Source: an uncultured Gammaproteobacteria bacterium
Lineage (GTDB): Bacteria; Patescibacteriota; Microgenomatia; UBA8517
DNA length: 64,000 nucleotides
Reading direction: 5' to 3'
NCBI GenBank assembly: GCA_964600575.1
Contig: CAZRJH010000004.1
Location: 6,711-70,710, forward strand
A model generated the notes under the pieces. That model worked only from the letters and a program-made list of their open reading frames with translations. It was not told the DNA's origin and made no database searches. The position numbers and the translations under genes were made by a program. Positions within the stretch are counted from its first letter, which is position 1. Every line of letters starts with the position of its first letter. Shown here piece after piece: positions 37,509-46,716 of this stretch.

Positions 37509-38990
37509 ATGTGGACTATTTTTTCACTTTCTAATTTATATTTTGCTCTCAATGTCTTTAGTTCCCTGACGCTTTTTGCTGTTGCCTGGCTATATCTTGA
37601 CGCCTACAGGGCGCTCGACCAAAAGAAGGAACTATGGAAGGTTGCCGGGTTTGTGGTATTGGGAACGGCGTTTTTGTTTAGGGGGATGGACTTAACAGGG
37701 ATAGTGGGAACAAATCTAAGCGAATATCAATCGCTTTTTAAAAGCCTTGATTTATATATAAGAACGCTTGGATATTTACTGCTGGTTACAGGACTTTTGG
37801 TGGATCCTTTACAGCCAAAGCCGTCTGTTTCTATGGTATTTTTGATTGCGATCCCTTCTCTTTATTTTATCCAACCATTTTTGGCGGTTGTTGTTGCAAT
37901 CCTTTACCTTAGAAGGGCAAGTCTAGGACTAGAAAGACATATATATCCGCCAGCCTTCGCCTTTTTCTTTTTGGCTGTTTACGAAACCCTTTTTAGCCTT
38001 AATCTTTTTAGAGAAACCACAAACCTTGCTTATTTTAATCTTCTTACTCCGTTTGGAGTGGTCTGGTATTTGCAAATTATATTTTTAGCTTTTGGAATAT
38101 TCTTTTTGGCGAGATGGGTGTTTAGGTATCTCCTTAAACAGTTTGAGTCTCAGCTATTTATGATTCAAATGTCTCTAGTTTTGGCCATTTACCTAATCGT
38201 AACGGTTGGATTTACGGGTCTTTTAATAAACAATCTTAAAAACCAGATTCTCTTAGAACTAACATCTCAGGCCAAAGTCTTGGACTATGTATTCGAAACA
38301 AAACGAGGTCAACTCTTAAGCGATGCAAAATTAATTGCAAGACAGGGAAAGGTGGAAGATGATTTAACTCACGATAGTGTAGTTATTTTTGATTCTGACG
38401 GGGTTGTAACTTTTAGAGCCGAGGATGAAGAGCGTAAAGGCGATTCCGTTTCCGGAGACTCTTTGGTTAAAAAAATAATTGAAGGCAAGGAGGGCTCAAA
38501 TATTGTAGTTAAAGATGGAGCAGCCTCGCCTTTGGTGTATGTGGTATCCGGGGCTCCTTTGATATCAGACGGCAAGGTTACGGGCGGGGTTGTTGTCGGG
38601 GATATTGTCGACAATGCGTATTTGGAGGGTTTTGGTAAATTAACAGGTCTTTCGGCAGCTATCTATGGCGGAAATATTTTAGCGGCAGGGGGAACTTTGG
38701 GTGTTAAAGAAAGCGCCAAGGAGGTAAAAGAAAAAGTTTTGATAAAAGGGGAAACTTTGTCGGTAGAAAGCAGATGGTTAAACAGATCCTATTTGAGCGT
38801 CTACTCACCCATGAAAGATGTCGACGGTAACACTGTCGGGATGTTCTTTGTGGGTAGGCCTTCTGTTGATGTTTTATCACTAGCAAGTAGAACTCTCGAG
38901 GCCGTATTTTTGGGAACGATACTTTTACTGTTTTTGTCTATGATACCGGCGAAACTTATTGCAATTAGCATTTCTAGACAAATCAAATAG
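37509..38990 (+). CDS. Multi-TM + dCache membrane sensor without output domain
   Basis: About 8 N-terminal TMs; YLSVYSPMKDVDGNTVGMFFVG Cache; ends right after final TM. Confidence 0.7.
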   Translation: MWTIFSLSNLYFALNVFSSLTLFAVAWLYLDAYRALDQKKELWKVAGFVVLGTAFLFRGMDLTGIVGTNLSEYQSLFKSLDLYIRTLGYLLLVTGLLVDPLQPKPSVSMVFLIAIPSLYFIQPFLAVVVAILYLRRASLGLERHIYPPAFAFFFLAVYETLFSLNLFRETTNLAYFNLLTPFGVVWYLQIIFLAFGIFFLARWVFRYLLKQFESQLFMIQMSLVLAIYLIVTVGFTGLLINNLKNQILLELTSQAKVLDYVFETKRGQLLSDAKLIARQGKVEDDLTHDSVVIFDSDGVVTFRAEDEERKGDSVSGDSLVKKIIEGKEGSNIVVKDGAASPLVYVVSGAPLISDGKVTGGVVVGDIVDNAYLEGFGKLTGLSAAIYGGNILAAGGTLGVKESAKEVKEKVLIKGETLSVESRWLNRSYLSVYSPMKDVDGNTVGMFFVGRPSVDVLSLASRTLEAVFLGTILLLFLSMIPAKLIAISISRQIK

Positions 38991-38991
38991 T

Positions 38992-39432
38992 ATGGAAGAC
39001 TCTGATATATCAAAAAAAGATAAATTAATATTCGGACTTGGTACTTTTGTTTTTGTTTTGGTTTTGGCGACCTCCGGCTGGCTCTTTTATTTTTATAATT
39101 TTGAATTTAATAAACAAAAAGCAAATGCGCCCGTTTCTCAAGAAACGGTGACAGAAACAAAAGAAAAGACGGTAGTGCAGGATTATAAAAATACCAATAT
39201 CGAGATATTAAACGGTTCGGGTAAACCCGGTGTTGCGGCCAAACTTGCCGAGAAGCTAAAAGCTAAAGGCTATACGGATATTGCCACGGGCAATTATGAC
39301 TCGGTGGTAATAGGTAACCTGCTTTTTGCTCCAAAAGAGATAGTTGGTTTTATAAATGATCTTAAAGATTCAGGTTTTGATGATTATAAATTTGCAAGCG
39401 CTTCGGCCATAAAAATTGTAATCGGAAAATGA
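38992..39432 (+). CDS. LytR C-terminal domain membrane protein
   Basis: TM followed by IEILNGSGKPGVAAKLAEKLKAKGY...IKIVIGK. Confidence 0.82.
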   Translation: MEDSDISKKDKLIFGLGTFVFVLVLATSGWLFYFYNFEFNKQKANAPVSQETVTETKEKTVVQDYKNTNIEILNGSGKPGVAAKLAEKLKAKGYTDIATGNYDSVVIGNLLFAPKEIVGFINDLKDSGFDDYKFASASAIKIVIGK

Positions 39433-39445
39433 CAACTTACTAAAT

Positions 39446-40555
39446 ATGAAAAATTGGTCTATACAAAAAAGATTCAGTTTTACCTTTGCAGTTACAGGAC
39501 TCTTTTTGGTTGTCGGGCTTTTGGTGGCTATTCAAATCTCGCTCTGGTCAAGGTTTAATAAAGTAGACGAGTTGACTGTTGCAGATAATTTGGCGAGGGT
39601 AGAAAAAACATATCAATATTTTTTAGATTCATTTCATGCGAAAGTTGCAGACTGGGGGCAGTGGGATGACACATATGAATTTGTTTCTGACTTAAACAGT
39701 GACTACATAGAAAGTAACTTGGTAGAGGCAACGCTTGTTAATTTAAAAACAGATGAACTTTTGTTTTTTAATTCCGATAAGGAGTTGGTCTACGCAACTG
39801 CCTCGTCTGCAATCTTTAAAAAAGAAAGTAACTTTCCCGGGGATGTGGAGTCTATTTTTTTGGAACACTCTGAAATATGGGATTCGATCCAAAAAAACGG
39901 ACACTTTTCTGGTCTCGTTAAAACGGAAGACGGAGTTTTAATTTACTCTGCTAGCCAGATTGTTAAAAGTGATGCTACCGGTCCGGCAAGAGGTGTGATT
40001 GTTTTTGGCAGATATATTGGTAAGTGGTTAACCGACGAATTAAGCAACATTTCCCGAATTCCCGTTTATCTTGATACCCAAAATACAGGCAAGAAAACTA
40101 AAGATGTTATTTATACAAACTACTCAATTCCGGTGCACGGAAGTGATAGTGTTGATCTTGTATTTGAAACAAAAAGAGACATTAGAAATCAGGTAGTTAG
40201 CGGTATGTATATTTTACTCACTGCAACAATACTCCTGGTTACGATATCTATTGCCTTTAACTATTACTCGATCTACAACTATATTATTCTTGATTTGCAG
40301 AACTTAAAGAGAGAGCTTTCGGTTATCACAGAGCGCGAAGGAAATGGCCGAATGAAAAGAGGTGGAATAACCTCTGATATAGACGAGATAAGAGACGATC
40401 TTAATTATCTTTTGGAAAATTTGGATAAGGCAAAAATGTCTCATCAACAAAAAGCGGAAGAGCTTAAGATGTTAAATGATTTAATGGTTGATCGAGAAAT
40501 AAAAATGACCGAACTAAAAGCTGTAATTGCGGATCTCAAAAAGAAAATATTATAA
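39446..40555 (+). CDS. CHASE4 sensor without kinase domain
   Basis: DWGQWDDTYEFV CHASE4 motif, 2 TM, HAMP-like region, ends MVDREIKMTELK. Confidence 0.8.
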   Translation: MKNWSIQKRFSFTFAVTGLFLVVGLLVAIQISLWSRFNKVDELTVADNLARVEKTYQYFLDSFHAKVADWGQWDDTYEFVSDLNSDYIESNLVEATLVNLKTDELLFFNSDKELVYATASSAIFKKESNFPGDVESIFLEHSEIWDSIQKNGHFSGLVKTEDGVLIYSASQIVKSDATGPARGVIVFGRYIGKWLTDELSNISRIPVYLDTQNTGKKTKDVIYTNYSIPVHGSDSVDLVFETKRDIRNQVVSGMYILLTATILLVTISIAFNYYSIYNYIILDLQNLKRELSVITEREGNGRMKRGGITSDIDEIRDDLNYLLENLDKAKMSHQQKAEELKMLNDLMVDREIKMTELKAVIADLKKKIL

Positions 40556-40560
40556 AAAAC

Positions 40561-41670
40561 ATGATTTTTAACGCCGAAATATCAAACCGTCGGATAATTG
40601 GAAACGGTACATGGGAAATCACTTTTACACACACAAGGGATGATTTTTATTTTAATGCCGGGCAATATATATGGCTCATTTCTCCTACGGCACGAAAAGC
40701 GTTTTCAATTACATCCTCTTCGGCAGACCCGCTTAAGTTGCAGGTTGTTTTTAGAGAAAATCCTGGAAGCAATCTAAAGAAATTTATCCTTGATGGAGAA
40801 AATAGAAATCTCAAGATCAAAGGCGCGTGCGGTTTTCTGCGCTCTCCCGCAAAAGGAGATAAAACTGTTTACATTGTAGGCGGAGTCGGAATTGCCCCTG
40901 TTCTCAGTATTGTCAGAAGCCTCAGGGATAAAAACGAATCCCGTGATATCGAGATAATTTTTGCAAACCACTCCTCTCAACACCAGTTCTATGTTGATGA
41001 GTTACAAGCCTACCCATTTGTTAGATTGACAAACATAGTAGGAAGATTCACTGGAAACGAGTTTTCCCCCAAACCCGATTCAAAATATTATATTTTTGGA
41101 AAACAGGATTTTGTGGACTCAGTTTACAAAATTCTTTGCGGTAAGGGAGTTTTGGAGAACAATATATTTTTTGAAGAAAATTATCCAAGCAGGATTCCTT
41201 TTGAGTTAAATTTGGCGGAGGATACCTATTTTAAACATGCCGTGGACCAGTCGATTAACCACATTGTAATGACCGACATCAACGGAAGGATTTGTTATGC
41301 AAACCAGGCTGCAACGGAAACAACAGGTTATTCTTTTGAAGAAATGAAAGGGCAAACTCCAAGACTCTGGGGAGGACTTATGCCCGAGTCGGTTTATAAG
41401 GAGTTTTGGAAGACTCTGCTTGTCGACAAAAAACCTTTTAGGGGAGAGTTTAAAAATCAGCGTAAGAACGGGGATTTGTATGACGCGCTAGCAATGATTT
41501 CTCCGATTACAAATAAAAATAGTGATATAGTCGGGTTTTTGGGAATAGAGCAGAACATTACGCAGACAAAAGCTTCAGAAGAAAACTTGAAAAGACTTAC
41601 GGAGCTCATGGTTGGCAGGGAGCTGGAAATGATTGAGCTAAAAAAACAACTAAAAAATGGAAAACAATAA
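40561..41670 (+). CDS. Ferredoxin-reductase-type FAD/NAD(P) domain fused to PAS
   Basis: FNAGQY, RKAFSITS, GGVGIAPVLSI; PAS TGYSFEEMKGQTPRLWGG..NQRKNG; ends MVGRELEMIELK. Confidence 0.82.
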   Translation: MIFNAEISNRRIIGNGTWEITFTHTRDDFYFNAGQYIWLISPTARKAFSITSSSADPLKLQVVFRENPGSNLKKFILDGENRNLKIKGACGFLRSPAKGDKTVYIVGGVGIAPVLSIVRSLRDKNESRDIEIIFANHSSQHQFYVDELQAYPFVRLTNIVGRFTGNEFSPKPDSKYYIFGKQDFVDSVYKILCGKGVLENNIFFEENYPSRIPFELNLAEDTYFKHAVDQSINHIVMTDINGRICYANQAATETTGYSFEEMKGQTPRLWGGLMPESVYKEFWKTLLVDKKPFRGEFKNQRKNGDLYDALAMISPITNKNSDIVGFLGIEQNITQTKASEENLKRLTELMVGRELEMIELKKQLKNGKQ

Positions 41671-43399
41671 TTGGCGGAAAACATTACTGTCATCGATTCT
41701 TGTAATCGGATCGACCACTTTAACAATCTTCTCTATTGTTTATTTTAGTCGCGGACATTACATGCTTGGTATTATCGAAGGCGTTGCGTCATTGGGTATG
41801 ATCTGTGCGATATTTTTATCGAAAAAGTATTTTCAGGCGGCAGGAATGCTGGGTTGGTTTGGTGTATTTGTGGTGCTTACCACAATCCTGTTTACTGGTG
41901 GAATTGAGGGAAGTGGAATTGTCTGGTGGGGACTTTTACCCGTTATAAACTTTGCTATATTCGGGCTTTCGGGCGGGTTGGTAACCACAATCTTTTCGGT
42001 GGTGGCTTTGCTGTCGCTTACTTTATTGAAGTCTTTTGGCTATGCCGACACTTTTTTCGAGGGAGGTATTCTGAGGCAGGCGGCCGTTGTGGTATCGGTA
42101 ATAGGATTCATTATGTACTACTTCGAAAAAATCGCAGGGGAAGCCAGAAACGAAGCTTTCGCAAAATCAAAGCTTTTGCAGGAAACCAATCTAAAAGTGG
42201 AAGAAAGCTTGCACAACCTTTCGGAAGAAAAAATTAATCAGGACAGAATCAGAAAAGCCGTTTTAAATATTTTGGAAGATACCAAGCAGGCAGATATTGA
42301 TCTCAAAAAGGAAAAGGAGGGTATCGAAGATAAAGTTCTTATTAGAACCAAAGAACTCAGCGAAGAAAAATCTAAATTATTGGCATCTATAAACGCGTTT
42401 GCAAAAGGCTTGGTTATGGTAGACACCGAAGGTAAAGTTATTCTTTCTAACTCACGGCTTTCTCAAATACTGGGTGGTAGCGATGAAGTTTGGGATTTTC
42501 AGAAAATCAAAAATGCTATTTCCGGTATTTACGATATTGGTTCGGCTTACAAGACGGTTCTCGAAACTAAAAAAAACATAACGGCAAAAGAGTTGCAGTA
42601 TAAAGACAAATACATAGACCTTCATGTTTCTCCTGTAACCAACAACAAGACTCTTATTGGTGTGTTGATAACAATTGGTGATATAACCGAAGAGAAGATA
42701 GTTGACAGATCAAGAGATGAATTTTTCTCTATTGCCAGCCACGAACTTAGAACCCCGCTTACGACAATTAGGGGCAATACCGCCTTAATTCAGCAGGTGT
42801 ATCTTAACAAATTTAATGATGCCGATTTAACAGAAATGGTTAGTGACATCCATGAATCTGCCATTAGACTTATCGGGATAGTTAACGACTTTTTGAATGT
42901 AAGCAGGCTGGAAATGGGGAGAATGCAGTTTAAAACAGAAGATTTTGACATTATTGCTTTAGCTAAAAAAACAGCCGAAGAAATTGACGACAAAAACGAT
43001 AAAGTTGATATAAAAATTTTGGCAACAAGCCCAGCGTTAAAAGTTTTTGCGGACGAAGGAAAGACGAAAGAAGTTCTTGTGAATTTAATCGGGAACGGGG
43101 TTAAGTATACCGGCCAGGGAACAGTCGAGGTATCTTTTAAACAAGAAGGGAGTAAAACCAATGTATATATTAGCGATAACGGTAAAGGTATAGCACCCGA
43201 AAATCAAAAGCTTTTGTTCCATAAATTCCAGCAAGCGGAAGACAGTTTACTGACTCGTGATACTACCAAAAGTACAGGGTTAGGGCTTTACATAAGCAAG
43301 ATGATGTTGGAAGGAATGTCGGGTAAGCTCTGGCTTGAAAAGTCCGAATTTGGAAAAGGATCTGTTTTTGCATTTAGTTTACCTACCTCAAAAGCCTAA
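41657..43399 (+). CDS. Membrane PAS sensor histidine kinase
   Basis: 5-6 TM, coiled coil, PAS, ASHELRTP, NLIGNGVKY, DNGKG, STGLGL. Confidence 0.92.
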   Translation: MENNNWRKTLLSSILVIGSTTLTIFSIVYFSRGHYMLGIIEGVASLGMICAIFLSKKYFQAAGMLGWFGVFVVLTTILFTGGIEGSGIVWWGLLPVINFAIFGLSGGLVTTIFSVVALLSLTLLKSFGYADTFFEGGILRQAAVVVSVIGFIMYYFEKIAGEARNEAFAKSKLLQETNLKVEESLHNLSEEKINQDRIRKAVLNILEDTKQADIDLKKEKEGIEDKVLIRTKELSEEKSKLLASINAFAKGLVMVDTEGKVILSNSRLSQILGGSDEVWDFQKIKNAISGIYDIGSAYKTVLETKKNITAKELQYKDKYIDLHVSPVTNNKTLIGVLITIGDITEEKIVDRSRDEFFSIASHELRTPLTTIRGNTALIQQVYLNKFNDADLTEMVSDIHESAIRLIGIVNDFLNVSRLEMGRMQFKTEDFDIIALAKKTAEEIDDKNDKVDIKILATSPALKVFADEGKTKEVLVNLIGNGVKYTGQGTVEVSFKQEGSKTNVYISDNGKGIAPENQKLLFHKFQQAEDSLLTRDTTKSTGLGLYISKMMLEGMSGKLWLEKSEFGKGSVFAFSLPTSKA

Positions 43400-43439
43400 G
43401 TATTGTAATTTGATACATATATCTGCTATATAATAAATT

Positions 43440-43838
43440 ATGGCAAAAGTTTTAATTGTTGAAGACGACCCCTTGATAAGCAGGATGTATCAAAAGATAT
43501 TTAAGTTCGAAGGCTACGAAGTAGAAACCGCCGCCGACGGTGAGGAAGGGGTAGATAAAGTTAGAACGGCAAAGCCTACAATTGTCATTTTAGATGTCAT
43601 GATGCCTAAAATGAACGGACTCCAGGTGCTTGCAAAACTAAAGTCGGATCCTGAAACCAAAAAAATCCCCGTTGTAATGCTTACCAACTTGGCAGGACAA
43701 TCCGATGCCGAGAAAGCGCTGTCTATGGGTGCTATCAAATATATAATCAAGTCCGAGTATGAGCCTAAACAGGTAACAGACATGATCAAAGAAGTTTTGG
43801 CGGGTTATACCAGGGATAGCATTCCCGGGTCGAATTAA
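43440..43838 (+). CDS. Single-domain response regulator
   Basis: LIVEDD, ILDVMMPKMNG, LTN, YIIK. Confidence 0.93.
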   Translation: MAKVLIVEDDPLISRMYQKIFKFEGYEVETAADGEEGVDKVRTAKPTIVILDVMMPKMNGLQVLAKLKSDPETKKIPVVMLTNLAGQSDAEKALSMGAIKYIIKSEYEPKQVTDMIKEVLAGYTRDSIPGSN

Positions 43839-43839
43839 A

Positions 43840-44226
43840 ATGTACAATCATTTACTTTACTTCTCTTATTGGTTGGTAAACGCATTGGTAATTTATTTGT
43901 TTAACAATTTCTTTGGATCGGATGTTGTTTTGGGTAACTGGAAATTTGGAGTAGTGGAAGCAAGCTTGTATGCATCATTTTGGGTGACTTTTGTTATTTG
44001 GTGTTTTTGGGACTTTGCCATTGCCAAAGGTTTACAATTTGATTCTCCTGTTGTGGTTTTTGGATATTTCTGGGTCGTTAACCTCTTTGCTTTCTGGCTT
44101 GTGTCCAGATTCTCAAGTTATTTTGGCTTTGGAGTAACAAGTTATTTTTGGCCTGCAGTGATCGCTTTGGTTGCCCATGCACTCCAAAGATGGGTAAGGA
44201 GATTTTTTGTAAGTGCTTCGGTTTAG
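43840..44226 (+). CDS. 4-TM membrane protein
   Basis: Hydrophobic, aromatic-rich 128 aa. Confidence 0.7.
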   Translation: MYNHLLYFSYWLVNALVIYLFNNFFGSDVVLGNWKFGVVEASLYASFWVTFVIWCFWDFAIAKGLQFDSPVVVFGYFWVVNLFAFWLVSRFSSYFGFGVTSYFWPAVIALVAHALQRWVRRFFVSASV

Positions 44227-44706
44227 TTAGGGATCAAGAACAGATTTATCGTCATCTTCTTCTGAATTATCTGCCTGTACTTCCTTTTTGTTAAACATAG
44301 ACCAAACACCTTTGAGTGCAAAAATGACTACTCCAACGGCCAAAAGCACACTCCCATATGCAATAGACAATGTCCATTGTATTGTCGTCATTTTAAAACC
44401 GTTTGCAAGCTGCTGTATTGAGTAGAATTCGGCCAATACACCGATAAACGATATGATAGCGATCTTTGCAATGTATTGACCTTCTATGAGGCTTACAATA
44501 AGCATGACAGATAAAAACAGGGCAAAACTTCTTATTGCTATAGCTGCGGCCGTAAATGGATATGTGTTTAAAAGGACCGGGGATGTTAGAAAGGCAACAG
44601 GATTTCCAACGGTTATTGTGACTGCGCCTGCGATTTTATCTATACCAAATGCTAATAAAAACCCTACTATGGCTACACCTAGCCACGTTTCTTTTGTAAT
44701 TTTCAT
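44227..44706 (-). CDS. 4-TM membrane protein
   Basis: Hydrophobic 159 aa with acidic tail. Confidence 0.7.
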   Translation of the reverse strand: MKITKETWLGVAIVGFLLAFGIDKIAGAVTITVGNPVAFLTSPVLLNTYPFTAAAIAIRSFALFLSVMLIVSLIEGQYIAKIAIISFIGVLAEFYSIQQLANGFKMTTIQWTLSIAYGSVLLAVGVVIFALKGVWSMFNKKEVQADNSEEDDDKSVLDP

Positions 44707-44785
44707 TTCAACTGTTTTTACACTTTGAGGGTTAATAAATCAAGATGTTCTTGCAGAATTTTGCAAATGATTCAATATTTTTTTA

Positions 44786-45406
44786 TTAGAAGACATTGTC
44801 AAAGTAGTCGTAGCTGAGCCCGGCTCTACCTGTCCAGTTTGATGAATAGCTGGAGGTTCCTTTGGTGTATCTATAGGCACCGGACGAGTCCTCTTTCATT
44901 ATGTACCAGTTTCCAGCTTTGTTCATATAGCCATAATATGCAGGAGAAGAATCGTCTAAATCGGTGATATTGTAGCCGTCGGTGGGGTGTTTTTCAGCCG
45001 GATCAATCTTGTTGCCCGCGGTATCTTTGATAGAGACTGTACCTGGGCCAGGAACGCTACCAAAGAAGGCAGCTTCGGCTCTTTTGGTAAAAAGGGAAAA
45101 CAAGAACAAGGTGAGGCCTGCTGTCCCTATGAGTTTTAGAAAAGCTCTTCTGTCGGTGTCGACCCCTTCTTTTTTAAGCTTTTCAACCTCCGGCTCTTTC
45201 TTGCTTTGAAGGACGACGACTTCCACTTCTTCGGGAGCTTTAATAGCTTTGCTTTTTCTGGGGTATATTTTTACGCCAAAGTAAAAAAGGAGCGGGAAAA
45301 AAGCCGAAGCAACGGCAAGTTGTGTCGGGTTTTGGGCAGTAAGCATCCCGGCAATTACTATCAGGCTTACTATGACAAAGTTGTAATATACGAGCAGTTT
45401 TTTCAT
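44786..45406 (-). CDS. Membrane protein with two N-terminal TMs and an internal twin-arginine signal
   Basis: DTDRRAFLKLIGTAGLTLFLFSLFTKRAEA at about aa 83-112. Confidence 0.75.
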   Translation of the reverse strand: MKKLLVYYNFVIVSLIVIAGMLTAQNPTQLAVASAFFPLLFYFGVKIYPRKSKAIKAPEEVEVVVLQSKKEPEVEKLKKEGVDTDRRAFLKLIGTAGLTLFLFSLFTKRAEAAFFGSVPGPGTVSIKDTAGNKIDPAEKHPTDGYNITDLDDSSPAYYGYMNKAGNWYIMKEDSSGAYRYTKGTSSYSSNWTGRAGLSYDYFDNVF

Positions 45407-45428
45407 TTATTGATTTTAATATATAAAA

Positions 45429-46013
45429 CTAAAGTTTCGTCTCGTCTATATATTTAAACGAGATATAACCAAATACACCCTCCGAAACAATCACCTCATA
45501 CCATTCGCCGTCTTTTTGAGTATATTCAAATATTTGACCGTCTTTGGCTGTTCCAAGTTTTTCCGAGTAAATTGACGGTTTGGACCTGATATTCACCTCG
45601 GGTACTCCGTCGTTTATTTTAATAGTTAATGTTTTATTGGGCATAGGTGTTTCTTTAGCTTTTGGCATAACAAGGCCGTTTGTTTCGGCTATTTCTGGAG
45701 CAGGATTGGGTTTTGGTTGAAAAAATACATTTTTTACACCCACGCCTACAAATATTAAGAAAAACAAACTCGCCCATAAAACATCCTTTGTTCTAACTTG
45801 GGGAAAAGTATCGGGGTTGGGAATAAAGTTAGGGTTAAGTATCGATCTTAAGTTCCCAAAAATTTCTAGAACAAAATATGCAACTACGGGTAAAAATAAT
45901 GTTGCAAATATCAAAGGTCCTCCTGATTGAGTTGTAAGGATTGTAGAGATTGCAATAAAAAAAGATGCCGCTGCGGAGTAAAAAAATAATGCTTTGGGTA
46001 GGAGATTTTTCAT
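45429..46013 (-). CDS. 3-TM membrane protein with SH3b domain
   Basis: VNIRSKPS..GEWYEV..GYISFKYI. Confidence 0.8.
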   Translation of the reverse strand: MKNLLPKALFFYSAAASFFIAISTILTTQSGGPLIFATLFLPVVAYFVLEIFGNLRSILNPNFIPNPDTFPQVRTKDVLWASLFFLIFVGVGVKNVFFQPKPNPAPEIAETNGLVMPKAKETPMPNKTLTIKINDGVPEVNIRSKPSIYSEKLGTAKDGQIFEYTQKDGEWYEVIVSEGVFGYISFKYIDETKL

Positions 46014-46050
46014 TCGACCCTTATAATTTACCAGATGAGGCGGGTAGATG

Positions 46051-46686
46051 TCACTCCAACTCGTTTACATCTTTGGAGTTAACCCAACCAGATTTGTTCT
46101 CGGAAACGGCTACTTTGTACCAGCCTTCTGCCTTTTCTATAAACGGATAGTTAACACCTTTTATTATCGTGTCCAGTTTTTGGGAATTGGGGTTTTTATC
46201 CAGGTATATGTATCCGGACTCAACTCCTTGTTTAAGTGTAATCCTTGTTCCGCCTTCTTCTACCACTTTGCCGATTATAATATCTGCAACCGTTTCACCT
46301 TCGGGGTCGGGGGTTTCCAACGGTTCCGGAGTTTTATTTGTGGCGTTAAGTTTTTGAACAAGCTCTTCATTTTTTCTTAAGGCCTCCGAAAGTTGTGATT
46401 TTAGGGTCGAGTTATATCTGGAGGGGTCAAGTTGCGCCGCTAATTTATAGCCGTATATACCCAAGAAAGATAAAACTGCCAAAGAAATAATGAATCGTAC
46501 CGACCATCTTTCAAAATTTGTTCCACTGGGATTGGTGAGCTTGATCCAAAAATAAAACAACATGGGTAGCAGAAGTACGCCCGAAATAAAGTTCAGAGGT
46601 TGTGGGGAAAATAAACCAAAAGATATAAAAAAGACAGTTACTGCAACTATCGAATAAAAGAATAAAAACTTTTCCAACTTATGCAT
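46051..46686 (-). CDS. 3-TM membrane protein with SH3b-like domain
   Basis: EGWYKVAVSENKSGWVNSKDV; N-terminus paralogous to neighbours (LFFYS..LLPMLFYF). Confidence 0.78.
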   Translation of the reverse strand: MHKLEKFLFFYSIVAVTVFFISFGLFSPQPLNFISGVLLLPMLFYFWIKLTNPSGTNFERWSVRFIISLAVLSFLGIYGYKLAAQLDPSRYNSTLKSQLSEALRKNEELVQKLNATNKTPEPLETPDPEGETVADIIIGKVVEEGGTRITLKQGVESGYIYLDKNPNSQKLDTIIKGVNYPFIEKAEGWYKVAVSENKSGWVNSKDVNELE

Positions 46687-46716
46687 AGGCTGATTTTAAC
46701 AAATATATCCTAAAAG

